From the NCBI GenBank assembly GCA_044347515.1, contig JBIKUO010000003.1, positions 40,558 to 104,557 on the forward strand: DNA of 64,000 bases, written 5' to 3'. Below, one piece after another: positions 63,976 through 64,000 of the stretch. Below the pieces are notes generated by a model, which made no database searches, was not told the origin of the DNA, and was given only the letters and a program-made list of their open reading frames with translations. Each line of letters starts with the position of its first letter. The stretch's first letter is position 1. The position numbers and the translations under genes were made by a program. Source of the DNA: Crocinitomicaceae bacterium (GTDB lineage Bacteria > Bacteroidota > Bacteroidia > Flavobacteriales_D > Crocinitomicaceae).

Positions 63976-64000
63976 CCACCGTAGATGTAACCTTCAGGTT

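Noticed and set aside
1-64000. CRISPR arrays, IS elements, integrases, toxin-antitoxin pairs, restriction-modification genes
   Set aside because: Reading the sequence and ORF track showed no spaced direct repeats and no transposase, integrase, methyltransferase or nuclease signatures. A by-eye scan cannot exclude short or degenerate elements.

Overview
The window looks like a chromosomal segment of a Bacteroidota (Flavobacteriia-like) genome. Supporting signs are TAnnTTTG -7 promoter boxes, no obvious Shine-Dalgarno sites, a type IX secretion C-terminal sorting domain on a 1267-aa adhesin with SprB-type repeats, and the DUF5606, DUF1573 and long-NusB genes. Coding density is very high (about 60 genes). 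I saw no rRNA, tRNA, CRISPR array, transposase or integrase.

Layout:
- 1-5.2 kb: the tail of a surface-polysaccharide locus, with two glycosyltransferases and a HisH/HisF/PP-loop amidotransferase trio typical of acetamidino-sugar synthesis.
- 5-46.8 kb: mostly housekeeping genes (CPA2 antiporter, DEAD-box helicase, typA, purE, tatA, uvrB, rpsA, hisS, nusB, yajC, ychF, fahA, RelA/SpoT, purA, fur, ettA), interrupted by the giant T9SS adhesin.
- 46.8-57.7 kb: an accessory glycan or protein tailoring region. One minus-strand operon encodes a TMTC-like GT-C/TPR membrane protein, three tandem sulfotransferases and an SGNH-like hydrolase. One plus-strand operon encodes an AAC(3)-like acetyltransferase, a polysaccharide deacetylase-like protein, a FemAB-like GNAT, an SDR and a DUF3472-like protein.
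- 57.7-64 kb: a clearly more AT-rich block. Spot counts give roughly 30% GC here against about 35-40% elsewhere. It holds a GluR0-type ligand-gated channel, an orphan 210-aa protein and a tight five-gene operon.

The five-gene operon encodes a divergent YidD, a double zinc-ribbon/TerB-like protein, a Band_7_1-type SPFH-GYF protein, a small GYF protein and a 4-TM protein. I consider it the best candidate for an undescribed membrane-associated system.

All family calls come from motif recognition by eye. No searches were run.
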